NCBI GenBank assembly: GCA_018657525.1
Contig: JABHWZ010000002.1
Coordinates: forward strand, 84,590-148,589
DNA from: an archaeon
Lineage (GTDB): Archaea; Nanobdellota; Nanobdellia; Pacearchaeales; GW2011-AR1
Direction: 5' to 3'
Length of the DNA: 64,000 nt
The notes under the pieces are model-generated. The model was not told the origin of the DNA. It worked only from the letters and a program-made list of their open reading frames with translations, and searched no databases. The position numbers and the translations under genes were made by a program. How positions within the stretch are numbered: position 1 is the first letter of the stretch; each line of letters opens with the position of its first letter. Positions 24,635-33,766 of this stretch are shown here, piece after piece.

Positions 24635-26116
24635 ATGGAATTAAAAACTAAACTTCTAAAATGGTCTGCAGGGTTGCCTGTAGCTATGCTTAACGAGACA
24701 ACAGCAAATAAAATCGGAGTCCATGCCCAAGAAAGAATTCTTTTACAAACTACTTCAAGGCCCCCTAAATCTTTGGCAACAATAGTAGATATTGTGGGAG
24801 ACTTAGTAAAAAAGAAAGAGGTTTTAGTTTCATCAGAATTAAAAACAAGACTTGGATTAAAAATTGGGCAAAAAGTAGAAGTGTTTTTAGCCCCTTCCCC
24901 CCAGAGCATGATTTATATTCAAAAAAAATTGAACAAGCATACCTTAAATAAAAAAGAAATAAAATCAATAATCTCTGATGTAGTTAACAATTCGCTTTCC
25001 GACGCTGAGATTTCTTTATTTGTATCTGCAATGTATGAAGAGGGAATGTCCCTGAAAGAAACAATCTTTTTAGTTGAGGCAATATTAGAAACCGGAAATA
25101 AATTAAAATTAAAACAAAATCTTATTGTAGATAAACATAGCATTGGAGGTATTCCCGGCAATAGAACAACTCCCCTAGTTGTTGCAATTTGTGCAACAGC
25201 CGGTTTAATAATGCCAAAAACTTCTTCACGAGCAATTACTTCTGCAGCAGGAACTGCCGATGTTATAGAAACAATTGCAAGAGTGGATTTTTCAATAGAT
25301 GAGTTGGAAAAAATTATTAAAAAAACAAACGCTTGTATGGTTTGGGGCGGAGCACTAGGATTAGTCCCAGCGGATTCAAGAATAATTCATGTGGAAAAAT
25401 TATTAAAAATAGATCCAGAATCTCAACTATTGGCCTCAATAATGTCCAAAAAATTAGCAGTAGGAAGTAAATACGTTTTAATTGATATTCCTTATGGAAA
25501 GGGAGCGAAAGTAGACAAACAAAAGGCATTGAAATTAAAAAGAAAATTTGAATTACTCGGCAAACATTTTAAGATAAAAATAAAAGTGGTGTTAACAAAG
25601 GGTTTCCAACCAATTGGGAATGGTATTGGTCCTGCTTTAGAATTAAAAGACATACTTAAGATATTAGATCCAGAACAATCTGGGCCAAGAGATTTAGAGG
25701 ACAAATCAATTTTTTTAGCTGGCCAAATTTTTGAATTAGTTGGAAAAACTAAAAAAGGCAAGGGATCTGCAATGGCAATGGATATTTTAGATTCTGGAAA
25801 GGCGTACGAAAAGTTTAAGGAAATTATTCGAGAACAAAAAGGAATGCTTTGCGAAATTCCATTAGCTAAATATAAAAAAGACATTTTTGTGAAAAAGGCA
25901 GGAAAAATAACTGAAATTAATAATAAAAAAATAGCTTCCTTAGCCAAAATAGCTGGATGCCCCACAGATAAGGCCGCAGGTCTCTACTTGTACTCTCACG
26001 TTGGAGCAGAGGTCACAAAAAAACAAAAATTATTAACAATTTACGCAGACTCCCTCCCAAGATTAAAAGAAGCCATTAAATTCCTAAAATGTTCTAACCC
26101 AATAAAGATTGTTTGA
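24635..26116 (+). CDS. deoA: AMP phosphorylase (archaeal thymidine-phosphorylase family, with the extra N-terminal domain)
   Basis: 493 aa. DKHSIGGIPGNRTTPLVVAI and SSRAITSAAGTADVIE are glycosyltransferase family 3 motifs. The length and N-terminal domain fit the archaeal AMPpase type. Confidence 0.75.
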   Translation: MELKTKLLKWSAGLPVAMLNETTANKIGVHAQERILLQTTSRPPKSLATIVDIVGDLVKKKEVLVSSELKTRLGLKIGQKVEVFLAPSPQSMIYIQKKLNKHTLNKKEIKSIISDVVNNSLSDAEISLFVSAMYEEGMSLKETIFLVEAILETGNKLKLKQNLIVDKHSIGGIPGNRTTPLVVAICATAGLIMPKTSSRAITSAAGTADVIETIARVDFSIDELEKIIKKTNACMVWGGALGLVPADSRIIHVEKLLKIDPESQLLASIMSKKLAVGSKYVLIDIPYGKGAKVDKQKALKLKRKFELLGKHFKIKIKVVLTKGFQPIGNGIGPALELKDILKILDPEQSGPRDLEDKSIFLAGQIFELVGKTKKGKGSAMAMDILDSGKAYEKFKEIIREQKGMLCEIPLAKYKKDIFVKKAGKITEINNKKIASLAKIAGCPTDKAAGLYLYSHVGAEVTKKQKLLTIYADSLPRLKEAIKFLKCSNPIKIV

Positions 26117-26157
26117 ATCACAACTAATCTTTTAAACTATTTCTCCCTAAAATTTAT

Positions 26158-26424
26158 ATGAGAGAATCAGAACAAAGAAAAAAAATAGTAGAATACCTTA
26201 AAAGAAATCTGAAAAAAGGTTATACTCTGGACTCACTTCGTTGGGCATTAATCAATCAAGATTATTCAAAAGTTTTAATTGAAAATGCAATTGACAAAGT
26301 GCACCAAGAATTAGCAGAAAAAGCCCCAATCTTAAAAGAAAAACCAAAGATTACATATCAGATTATGGATGAAGAAGATAATCCGGTAAATTTTAAAAAA
26401 CCATGGTGGAAGTTTTTTTCATAA
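26158..26424 (+). CDS. hypothetical protein (88 aa)
   Basis: ORF with a TATA-like CTTTTAAAC about 25 nt upstream. Confidence 0.5.
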   Translation: MRESEQRKKIVEYLKRNLKKGYTLDSLRWALINQDYSKVLIENAIDKVHQELAEKAPILKEKPKITYQIMDEEDNPVNFKKPWWKFFS

Positions 26425-26462
26425 AACAAAACCTTTAAAACTCTTTCATTTCTATTTTTAAT

Positions 26463-26478
26463 ATGCCGCCATCGCATA
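26463..26478 (+). repeat. direct repeat copy 1 of ATGCCGCCATCGCATA (the tRNA-Ser 5' acceptor/D segment)
   Basis: 16/16 identical to 26538-26553, 75 bp upstream of it. Confidence 0.9.
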
Positions 26479-26539
26479 GTTCCTTTGGTCTCGCTAACGC
26501 GAACACGATGGTTAAGATAAAAGAACCAAAGAGACACAT

Positions 26540-26620
26540 GCCGCCATCGCATAATGGTATTGCATCCGGCTTGAGACCGGAGCCCTTTTGGGCGTCCCCG
26601 TTCGATTCGGGGTGGCGGCG
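26540..26620 (+). tRNA. tRNA-Ser (anticodon UGA), class II with a 14-nt variable arm; no encoded CCA
   Basis: Hand-folded cloverleaf. Acceptor GCCGCCA/TGGCGGC, D stem GCA/TGC, anticodon stem TCCGG/CCGGA with loop CTTGAGA, variable arm GCCC-TTTT-GGGC, T arm CCCCG-TTCGATT-CGGGG, discriminator G. Confidence 0.85.
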
Positions 26621-26703
26621 TTCTGGAGAATCGAACTTCGATTTCGAGCGATTTCGTGGTAGCAGGATAATCCCAAAAAAACTGCGAGCGAGATCGGGAG
26701 TCA

Positions 26704-26733
26704 GGGTGGCGGCGTTTTGTGGGAGAATCGAAC
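26704..26733 (+). repeat. direct repeat copy 2 of the tRNA-Ser 3' end plus trailer (GGGTGGCGGCGTT..GGAGAATCGAAC)
   Basis: GGGTGGCGGCGTT (26704-26716) equals 26610-26622, and GGAGAATCGAAC (26722-26733) equals 26625-26636. The copies are 94-97 bp apart. Confidence 0.85.
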
Positions 26734-26854
26734 TGGTTAAACACAGATATTTTTCTGCAATCTTTGATGTTGGGCTCTTTAATTTAATACTAAGTCAGAG
26801 CAGAATGTTTATAACTATTAATGATTAGTAGGTATAGTAAAAGGAGGTAAAAAA

Positions 26855-27052
26855 ATGTTTGAAAAAAAAATGAAAAATCTTGATCTACATGATATAGCAT
26901 TAACAAAACTAACAGTCTTTGCTCTGACTCTTTTCTTGATTACAGTATGGCCTGCCGCATTAACTTTAGCGCTTAGTATTCATTGGGGTTGGTTTTTAGG
27001 TGTAGGAATCTTAGCTATGTTAAGACCGATGTATAGATTTTATCTTAAATAA
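26855..27052 (+). CDS. small membrane protein (65 aa, 2 TM)
   Basis: SD AAGGAGGT lies 8 nt upstream; two hydrophobic helices. Confidence 0.5.
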   Translation: MFEKKMKNLDLHDIALTKLTVFALTLFLITVWPAALTLALSIHWGWFLGVGILAMLRPMYRFYLK

Positions 27053-27148
27053 TAATCTATTTTTTAATTTTTATTTTTTTAGTTATGTGGGCACAACTTA
27101 TTAAAATTCCACATATGCCCTTTTCAATAATAAGCAGAGGCGTTTCTT

Positions 27149-27535
27149 TTATTTTGGGATATTTTCTTTTTTCTGTTTCTTCAAAAATTTATTTAATCTA
27201 GCATTAATCACTGGCAACTCTCTTTTTATTTGAGCCATTTTTTCTTTATATTTCTTCATACGGATATTATAAATTAACCCAGAAATTTTCCCTTCCTTGA
27301 ACCTTTCTTTTTGAGTCTTTTTTATCAGGAAAATTAATGAAGATTGTTTTGCTAAATATTCTGCAACTTTGTTGCGCAATAATCTCACCCTAAATTTTTT
27401 ATAACCAAAATAAGCTCCAATGGAAATGAAAATTAAAAATATTAAAACATAAAACCAATTCCTTCCTATAAAATTTGCAACATTTTTTTTGAGGCTACTA
27501 GTTATGGATGCTTCTGTGCTAATCTCTTCCATCAA
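27149..27535 (-). CDS. membrane-anchored Lys-rich coiled-coil protein (128 aa)
   Basis: One TM helix (WFYVLIFLIFISIGAYFGY) followed by a basic helical tail. It is the last gene of a three-gene operon. Confidence 0.5.
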   Translation of the reverse strand: MMEEISTEASITSSLKKNVANFIGRNWFYVLIFLIFISIGAYFGYKKFRVRLLRNKVAEYLAKQSSLIFLIKKTQKERFKEGKISGLIYNIRMKKYKEKMAQIKRELPVINARLNKFLKKQKKENIPK

Positions 27536-27541
27536 CTTTTT

Positions 27542-28114
27542 TTATTCTTGAAGCAATTCTTCTCCATCATTATATCTCTCCTCTCTTAACGCAATTTGCA
27601 CTTCTTTCAATAAATTTTCTACAACACTCAGATTAAGATTAGGATAGTTTTCAATTCTCAACTCCACTACCATAATTCCATCCCTCAAATTAATGGCTCT
27701 ATTCTTAAGACTTTCAATTTCACCAGTGTAAACTAAAATATCCGTGTATTCAATTTTATTCCAATCAATAAGTTGTAGAGCTTGTCTTGCTTCGAATCTT
27801 TGCGCATTACTTGCCTGAATTTGTCCCCTTAAGATTTCTGCATAATTTACTTGCTCCAACAATTTTTCTGCTAGTAATAATCTATCCTTCAAATAAATAT
27901 TGGAAAAATTATTTTCCTCCATCCAAATAATTATACCCTTTGCTTCTTCAATGCTAATCAACGCGTCTTCGTGAGTGAATACAGAGCCATTCTCAATGTC
28001 AGATTCTAAGACTACTTGGCCGGTAAATCTGATAAAATTTATGTTAAAAAATAAATAAGAGATTCCTAAAATAAATAATGCACTTATCAAAACAATTTTT
28101 ATTTCATCTTTCAT
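27542..28114 (-). CDS. membrane-anchored protein (190 aa)
   Basis: N-terminal TM/signal anchor; ATGA overlap with the upstream 652-aa gene. Confidence 0.5.
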   Translation of the reverse strand: MKDEIKIVLISALFILGISYLFFNINFIRFTGQVVLESDIENGSVFTHEDALISIEEAKGIIIWMEENNFSNIYLKDRLLLAEKLLEQVNYAEILRGQIQASNAQRFEARQALQLIDWNKIEYTDILVYTGEIESLKNRAINLRDGIMVVELRIENYPNLNLSVVENLLKEVQIALREERYNDGEELLQE

Positions 28115-30069
28115 TTTTGCCCCTCCGATTTGTTATTAGGTGTATGTTGGGCAGCCCTTCCCTTTGCATTATCTAATGTTTCTTTTATTCTTTTCATAAT
28201 CTTTTCTTTTTCTAATTTTCTTTTTCTTTCTTTTCTTCCCCTAAATTTTTCCCATGCTTCCTTAACCTTTGCTTTAATTTTATTCCAAATGCCCTCTTGA
28301 GGGACAATTTCTTTTTTTTCTTTTAAGTTGATTTTATGAGCTGTCTTTCCCTTTATCTTAAACTTTTTTTGCCTAATCTTTTTATCTTGCATCAAAGCAA
28401 GAGTAGTTCTCTCTTCTTCTATTTCTGCCAACCTTTCGTTAAGTATATGGAATTGATATTTGTATGCTCTTTCAGAAACCTTTTTATTAATATAATAGGC
28501 TCTTTGGATTATTTTCAATTCAGTTTCAATTTGCATAGACTCAATTTTTAAGTCAGTTCTAATTTGTGATGGCGCAATTAATTTAATTCGTTTATTCCTC
28601 AAACTGATCCTTGATTTTCTTAATATTGCCAGTCTTTTTTCATTGCCCCTAATTGATTCATTATAATCACTAATACTCATTTTTCCAGAATAATATTTAT
28701 TTTGATTATTTGCAATTATTTGCATAACATTACTTTCTTCTTTATTGGTGTCCTCGATATTTTCACTAAGATTAACTTTTTGGTATTTCCTATAACCAAT
28801 TATCCCTGAAATAGAAATTAAGAATATCCCTATGAAAATTAAATGCCAGTACAAGTATAGGAATAATAAAAAATTTCCTTTTCTTTCTAACAATAATAAT
28901 GTCCGCGCTTCTTTCGCTCGTTCAAGAGAAGTAGTATAGTCCCCTCTCCCAAAAGAGATAATTCCCAAATCAACTATTTCTTCAATTGAATCACTTGCAA
29001 ACACCGTGCTTCCTGTGAGCATATTTTTCAAAGGGGTTTTTTTGTCATAATCCCCAAAATTATTTATAACATTTCCCACAAGAAGATTAATTTTTCTAGG
29101 AGTTTCCAATGCAGCAATGACTCTTCTTAACAAATCATCCGATTCAATAGCCGAGTTTTTTATCTTAATAATATTTTGAGACATTTCCCAAGATTCTTTA
29201 TTTTTCCTCTCTACATTCAATAACATTTCCGCTTCTTTAAGTAATTTTTCGGCTTCATCAAAATTAAATCCTTTCTCTTGCATTTCCTTCACAGCACTTC
29301 GTGCCTCTAATAGACTAAGATTAGAGGTTTCAAAAGAAATTTCCTGGATAATTAATCTAATTGTTTGAATCTCTTTATAATTTTGGATTTTGATTTCTTC
29401 TCCCACCATTTGCCCAGTAATTATCCCTTTAATTTCATATTCTTGATAACCACTATAATTCGGAGCACTTAATTGAAGAGTAAAATATGCTGTCTCATTA
29501 TATTCTAATGTTGAAATTATTGCAGGAGATATTGAAATATATGTTTCTAAAAATCCTGTTATATTTAACCTTAAGTTTTTGAGCACTTGCGATTTATATT
29601 GATTATGAACTGGAATCTGGAAGCTTTCATCAAAACCTCGCACAATTTCTATGGTTCTATCATATGTAATTATTTTATTTGTTGCTCCTCCTATACTTGA
29701 CCCAGATCCTCCTCCCGCTCCTCCTCCCGTGGAAACTACTGCTACCCTGGGTAGTTGAAGAATTGTAATATTTTCAGTATCTGATACTTCTGTCAAATTT
29801 GTCCCTGTCGCAGTAGCTGTTATACTTGCATTTTCAACTGTTGCTCCACTATTTACCGAAATTGTTAAAGTATTTGTCCCGCTAGCCCCAATAGCTAAAG
29901 TTCCCAGATTCCTACTTTCATTACCATTAGTTATCGTAAAGTAATCTGGGAGCGACCAGTTTAGATAAACGCTCGTTCCTTCCTTTGTTCCTAAATTCGT
30001 AACTCGGGCAATTAAACTAACGTCGCTATCTCCTTGCGTAACACTTGTTGGAAAAGTCTCAATATCCAC
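28111..30069 (-). CDS. large membrane protein: CARDB-like N-terminal domain, Gly/Ser linker, helical region, TM helix, Lys-rich cytoplasmic tail; N-terminus probably truncated
   Basis: SLIARVTNLGTKEGTSVYLNW is CARDB-like, with a TM helix at LLFLYLYWHLIFIGIFLISISGIIGY. The track start is GTG, and there is no ATG or signal peptide in the open upstream frame. Confidence 0.55.
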   Translation of the reverse strand: MDIETFPTSVTQGDSDVSLIARVTNLGTKEGTSVYLNWSLPDYFTITNGNESRNLGTLAIGASGTNTLTISVNSGATVENASITATATGTNLTEVSDTENITILQLPRVAVVSTGGGAGGGSGSSIGGATNKIITYDRTIEIVRGFDESFQIPVHNQYKSQVLKNLRLNITGFLETYISISPAIISTLEYNETAYFTLQLSAPNYSGYQEYEIKGIITGQMVGEEIKIQNYKEIQTIRLIIQEISFETSNLSLLEARSAVKEMQEKGFNFDEAEKLLKEAEMLLNVERKNKESWEMSQNIIKIKNSAIESDDLLRRVIAALETPRKINLLVGNVINNFGDYDKKTPLKNMLTGSTVFASDSIEEIVDLGIISFGRGDYTTSLERAKEARTLLLLERKGNFLLFLYLYWHLIFIGIFLISISGIIGYRKYQKVNLSENIEDTNKEESNVMQIIANNQNKYYSGKMSISDYNESIRGNEKRLAILRKSRISLRNKRIKLIAPSQIRTDLKIESMQIETELKIIQRAYYINKKVSERAYKYQFHILNERLAEIEEERTTLALMQDKKIRQKKFKIKGKTAHKINLKEKKEIVPQEGIWNKIKAKVKEAWEKFRGRKERKRKLEKEKIMKRIKETLDNAKGRAAQHTPNNKSEGQK

Positions 30070-30203
30070 TGATAAAAATGCATCCGCTGAAGTTTGAATA
30101 TTAAATTGTTTATTATAACTTGATATCCTTCTTTTTCTAAAACCGTTTTTACAGTTGTTCTAATATCTGCTTCGTCATCAACTATTAATATTTTCTTAGC
30201 CAT
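30012..30203 (-). pseudogene. remnant of a second receiver (REC) domain gene
   Basis: The first 29 aa (MAKKILIVDDEADIRTTVKTVLEKEGYQV) form a good REC beta1-alpha1-beta2. The rest is non-REC sequence read through the start of the 652-aa gene in another frame. Confidence 0.55.
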
Positions 30204-30547
30204 TAAATTAGTGCCTCCGTTTTTTGAATCAATGTTTCTTGAGAAAATGGTTTTTGGATAAACCCATCTACCGCATCCATATTAACTTCATTCTTTGGAA
30301 TTATAGAAACATAAACCATTTTTGAAGTTCCATCTACTTTCTCTCTTAATAATCTTAATAAGTCATATCCTGAGAGAGTTGGCATTTTAATATCAATAAA
30401 TATTAGATCAAATTTAGATTCATCAATAGCATCAATTGCTTCTGCACCATTATTCTCCACGAGCACTTCATAACCCTTTGCTTCCAAAATAGATTTCATG
30501 CTATCTGAATCTTTTTGATCATCATCCACAATTAGAATTTTTTTCAT
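30203..30547 (-). CDS. stand-alone response-regulator receiver domain (CheY-like)
   Basis: KILIVDDD, phospho-acceptor context LIFIDIKMP, then ...SIIPK. 114 aa with no output domain. Confidence 0.85.
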   Translation of the reverse strand: MKKILIVDDDQKDSDSMKSILEAKGYEVLVENNGAEAIDAIDESKFDLIFIDIKMPTLSGYDLLRLLREKVDGTSKMVYVSIIPKNEVNMDAVDGFIQKPFSQETLIQKTEALI

Positions 30548-30584
30548 TTTCCCTCTCTTTAATATTTATACAGAAACTTATTAT

Positions 30585-32612
30585 TTAAACTTTCTCTTTT
30601 TCAAACGCATCTAAAACTCTTGAATCAGGACTTAAAACTTCAACTTTATCTTCTTTAAATCTTAACCCTCGATAAACTTTTTGCCAAAGCTCACGCTTTG
30701 CTTTATCTCGATAAAATTCCCAATAATATTGCGGCTGGGTTTTATTTAGAATTTTCCAAAAAGCATCCTTAACATTTGGATTTGGATATTTAGTAAAAAT
30801 AATCGAATTACATTGCTCCCCCGGAAAATCAATCCCCCGCGAACATTTTGTAGAAAATAAAACATCCATTTGACCATCTTTAAATTTTTCAATTATTTTC
30901 CCGGTTTTATCTTTTTCTTGCAATTCTAAAAATTTCTCTCTAGAAATTAAATTGTCTATATCACAATTTTCTAATTCAACTTCCGTGGGCAAATCACTAA
31001 AAGCATTTACATGAATCAGCGTTGGTTTTTTAGCAACTTCCACACATTTACTGAACGCTTTCAAATAATCTTCTCGAGTATATAATCCAGAAGAAAAATT
31101 AGAATATTTACAATCCATTTCCAACCCAGTTCTCTTAACTTCAATTTCCCCTTGCTGTTCAATTTCAGCATCTATTTTTTTAAATTCCTCTATCCCAAAA
31201 ATATCCCTCAACACTTGATCCGAATGAAGTGTACCCGACATTAAAACCAACGCTTTATTTTTATCAATTAATTGTTTAAACATTTTTGCCAAATTTGTAG
31301 TAACCACACTAATAACTAAAGACTCATTTTTTTTGCTAACAGTAATAAAACTATCTAAAATAAAACTTTCAAACATCCTCGCTGTTTCCTCAAAATCAAA
31401 TAGGTAATTTTCTTCATCAATTGCATATAACATTCCCTGGTTTTTCAAAAGTAACCTAAACAAATCATAAATTCCGGTTTCTCTTAACGGAATAATTATA
31501 TCTTTATCCATGGCATTTAGAATTCTTTCATCCCGTTTTATATACGAAATAATCTCCCCCATTTCTTTAATGACCTCTACAAAATCTTCTGCCAGCCAAG
31601 AAGCATTAACTAATGAATTCTGCAATCTATCTAAATTTATCTCTCTCGAATTTGAAAATTTATCTAAAAACTCATCACACTCGTCAATTATTTCAACTTC
31701 AGTTAGAGGTTTTCTATTCAACAAAGTTTCAAGTTTATATTTTAAGGAATTGAAAACAAGCACATCGGCCTCGACATATGCATTAAATTGTTCATAAAAA
31801 GAACAACCTGGTTTGCCCTGATAAAAAATATATTTCTCATTATTTAATCCCATATAAGATTTCTTTTTTGAATCTGAAAAACATTTTAATTCATATCTAT
31901 CTGGAAGAACCGGACTCCAATACGGACAAACCGCCGCCACTGACGCCCGTTTAACATCTTTAATATCATCAAAATCTTTTAAATTAACATTTTTATTTTG
32001 ATTAATATATCTTTTAATTTTTTGCCAATTCTTTTCTCGAATCTCAATCTTGCACGGAATATTAAAATTATTTGCACTCTCATCTTTTCCAATTAATTCT
32101 TTTGCTTCCTCTTTTTTCCCCTCAAAAATATCATGTAGCTTTGCATTAATCTCTTGTTTTATCCTCGGAATTGCAGATTGATTGTCCTTCAAAAATTTAC
32201 AAACATGATTTTTTCTCCCAGTCATTACAGAAATTTTTAGTCGATCCCCATTTTCTTTCAATAAATATTTATTTCCTTCATAGTCTTTTTTATATTGCGC
32301 TTGCAAACCCTTCACTGGAACAACTACTGAAGTCTTGCCTAATTTTCGAGCCACATTTAATGCAATCGCTGATTTCCCCGTACCACAAACTCCGTGCACA
32401 AAAATAATTTTATGTCCTTCTTCAATCGCGTTTAAAATCTCTTTAACAACATCCTGTTGAGTTTTTCCATTACAAAAAGTGAGCGGTTTCAACTCGCGAT
32501 GCTTTTCTTCTTCAGAATTCTCATCAACTTCGTAAAGTGACCATGTCATGAAGTAACGAAATCTATTCCAATTAAAAGTATTTTGGTGATATAATAGATT
32601 CAGATTTTTCAA
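30585..32612 (-). CDS. XPD/Rad3-DinG-like superfamily 2 DNA helicase
   Basis: Walker A HGVCGTGKS, DEAH-like IIDECDEF, LMSGTL, C-terminal FSTKCSRGIDFPGE...YRGLRF. Four Cys between motifs I and II (VCKF, PCKI, VCPYW, GCSFY) could form the Fe-S cluster. Confidence 0.65.
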   Translation of the reverse strand: MKNLNLLYHQNTFNWNRFRYFMTWSLYEVDENSEEEKHRELKPLTFCNGKTQQDVVKEILNAIEEGHKIIFVHGVCGTGKSAIALNVARKLGKTSVVVPVKGLQAQYKKDYEGNKYLLKENGDRLKISVMTGRKNHVCKFLKDNQSAIPRIKQEINAKLHDIFEGKKEEAKELIGKDESANNFNIPCKIEIREKNWQKIKRYINQNKNVNLKDFDDIKDVKRASVAAVCPYWSPVLPDRYELKCFSDSKKKSYMGLNNEKYIFYQGKPGCSFYEQFNAYVEADVLVFNSLKYKLETLLNRKPLTEVEIIDECDEFLDKFSNSREINLDRLQNSLVNASWLAEDFVEVIKEMGEIISYIKRDERILNAMDKDIIIPLRETGIYDLFRLLLKNQGMLYAIDEENYLFDFEETARMFESFILDSFITVSKKNESLVISVVTTNLAKMFKQLIDKNKALVLMSGTLHSDQVLRDIFGIEEFKKIDAEIEQQGEIEVKRTGLEMDCKYSNFSSGLYTREDYLKAFSKCVEVAKKPTLIHVNAFSDLPTEVELENCDIDNLISREKFLELQEKDKTGKIIEKFKDGQMDVLFSTKCSRGIDFPGEQCNSIIFTKYPNPNVKDAFWKILNKTQPQYYWEFYRDKAKRELWQKVYRGLRFKEDKVEVLSPDSRVLDAFEKEKV

Positions 32613-32718
32613 AAATTATTGCAAGTAATTATTAGATAACTTAATTCAGCGAAGTGCATTGGGCTTGCTCTGGCACGTAGCAAGGGAGGATTTGAATGAA
32701 AAAATTACAGAGCAAAAG

Positions 32719-32743
32719 AGGTAATTATTATAAATCTTTATTA
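32719..32743 (+). repeat. direct repeat AGGTAATTATTATAAATCTTTATTA, left copy
   Basis: Identical to 33894-33919 except for a 1-nt indel. The two copies bracket the convergent toxin-like/Panacea-like gene pair. Confidence 0.85.
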
Positions 32744-32856
32744 CTATTTATGATTAAATCCAGAATAGAAATAATACCAAATAAAACTAGCTTTATTTTA
32801 ATTATATAATTTAGTTCATAATATATTTAAACTTGCTTTTTATATATTAATTTTAT

Positions 32857-33234
32857 ATGGAAAGTGGTGAAAAGCCTAAAATAAAATATGTTAATGAATT
32901 TGAGAAAGATATTCATAAACTAAAGAAGTATAGGTCAATAGTAAGTGATGTTGAAGTTTTTATAAAAGCTCTATTGGGATATTTTCCCAATTTAGAACAT
33001 TCAACTTTTCATGTAAAAAAGTTAACAGATTTTGGAGAAGGATTTCACTTCATATATAAGGCAAGAAAAGTTCGTTGTAAATATCTTAAAAGTACAAGGG
33101 ATTTAAGAATTATTTACACTTATAATCCTTACGAAAATAAAATAATCTTAATCGCAATTTATGCAAAAAATAAACAGGCAAATCATGATGTCAATAGAAT
33201 AAAACCTTATTTGGTAAAAAAAATTAACAACTAA
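32857..33234 (+). CDS. RelE/ParE-superfamily toxin-like protein (125 aa)
   Basis: EFEKDIHKLKK... and C-terminal LRIIYTYNPYENKIILIAIYAKN resemble the RelE/ParE/HigB pattern (RiiY...i.l..i..k). Confidence 0.45.
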   Translation: MESGEKPKIKYVNEFEKDIHKLKKYRSIVSDVEVFIKALLGYFPNLEHSTFHVKKLTDFGEGFHFIYKARKVRCKYLKSTRDLRIIYTYNPYENKIILIAIYAKNKQANHDVNRIKPYLVKKINN

Positions 33235-33766
33235 TTTCGAGACCATTTTTTACAGAAAATTTATCATCCCTATAAAACACTAATTCATAATCTATTTCTT
33301 TCCCACTTTCTGTAGCTTTCCAGGGAATATCTTCATGAGAATATGCGCTCGCTCCACTGCCAGACATAGATGAAAGTTTTTGTATAGCTTTATCTATAAT
33401 TCTAAGTTCGTCCCCATTAAGTAAATTTAAGCTAGGTTCAGAGAATGATATAGCCTTTATTTGATTAAATGAGCCATATTTCGTGTTGATAACTTTAACT
33501 TTCTTTTTTGACTGAAGTTTTGTTATTCCCGTCTCGAAATGTGATGGAGCAGGTCCAAGGGGCAATTTAAAATAGCTTTCTCCACTAATAGATTTATCAC
33601 ATAATTCATAGAAATCAAAGTCTGAAAAATACATTATTTTGTAGAGTACAACTTTACCTACATTTTGCAATCCCGATGTTTTATAAATAACATAATGTAA
33701 CATTTGTAGGAACTTTTGTTCATCAAAGACATTATTATCGTCTACCATAATAACCTCTTTTTTCAT
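33224..33766 (-). CDS. DUF4065 / Panacea (SocA-like) domain protein, putative antitoxin
   Basis: VVLYKIMYFSDFDFYELCDKSISGESYFKLPLGPAP matches the KL.KLLYf.D......G.pi.g..y.....GPv core of DUF4065. Confidence 0.55.
   Translation of the reverse strand: MKKEVIMVDDNNVFDEQKFLQMLHYVIYKTSGLQNVGKVVLYKIMYFSDFDFYELCDKSISGESYFKLPLGPAPSHFETGITKLQSKKKVKVINTKYGSFNQIKAISFSEPSLNLLNGDELRIIDKAIQKLSSMSGSGASAYSHEDIPWKATESGKEIDYELVFYRDDKFSVKNGLEISC

Noticed and set aside
24607-25965. Minus-strand ORFs inside the AMP phosphorylase gene (24607-24909, 24765-24968, 24919-25161, 25317-25529, 25492-25965).
   Set aside because: They are antisense to a confidently identified 493-aa enzyme and are low-complexity.
26463-26733. 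Possible CRISPR array or second complete tRNA gene in the repeats around tRNA-Ser.
   Set aside because: There are only two copies of each repeat and no regular repeat-spacer periodicity. I could not build a T arm in front of the distal 3' copy, nor a D or anticodon arm after the distal 5' copy.
26358-26828. Two track ORFs (26358-26744 minus strand, 26463-26828 plus strand) across the tRNA-Ser region.
   Set aside because: They span a well-folding tRNA and its duplicated flanks. The locally high GC from the RNA gene keeps the frames open. There is no start context.
32613-32720. GC-richer patches with T-loop-like strings (GGAGGATTTGAA at about 32685; GAGTTCAAGTC at about 33870) that might be tRNA fragments or att sites next to the 25-nt direct repeats.
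   Set aside because: I could not pair them into T arms or acceptor stems. There is no integrase nearby.
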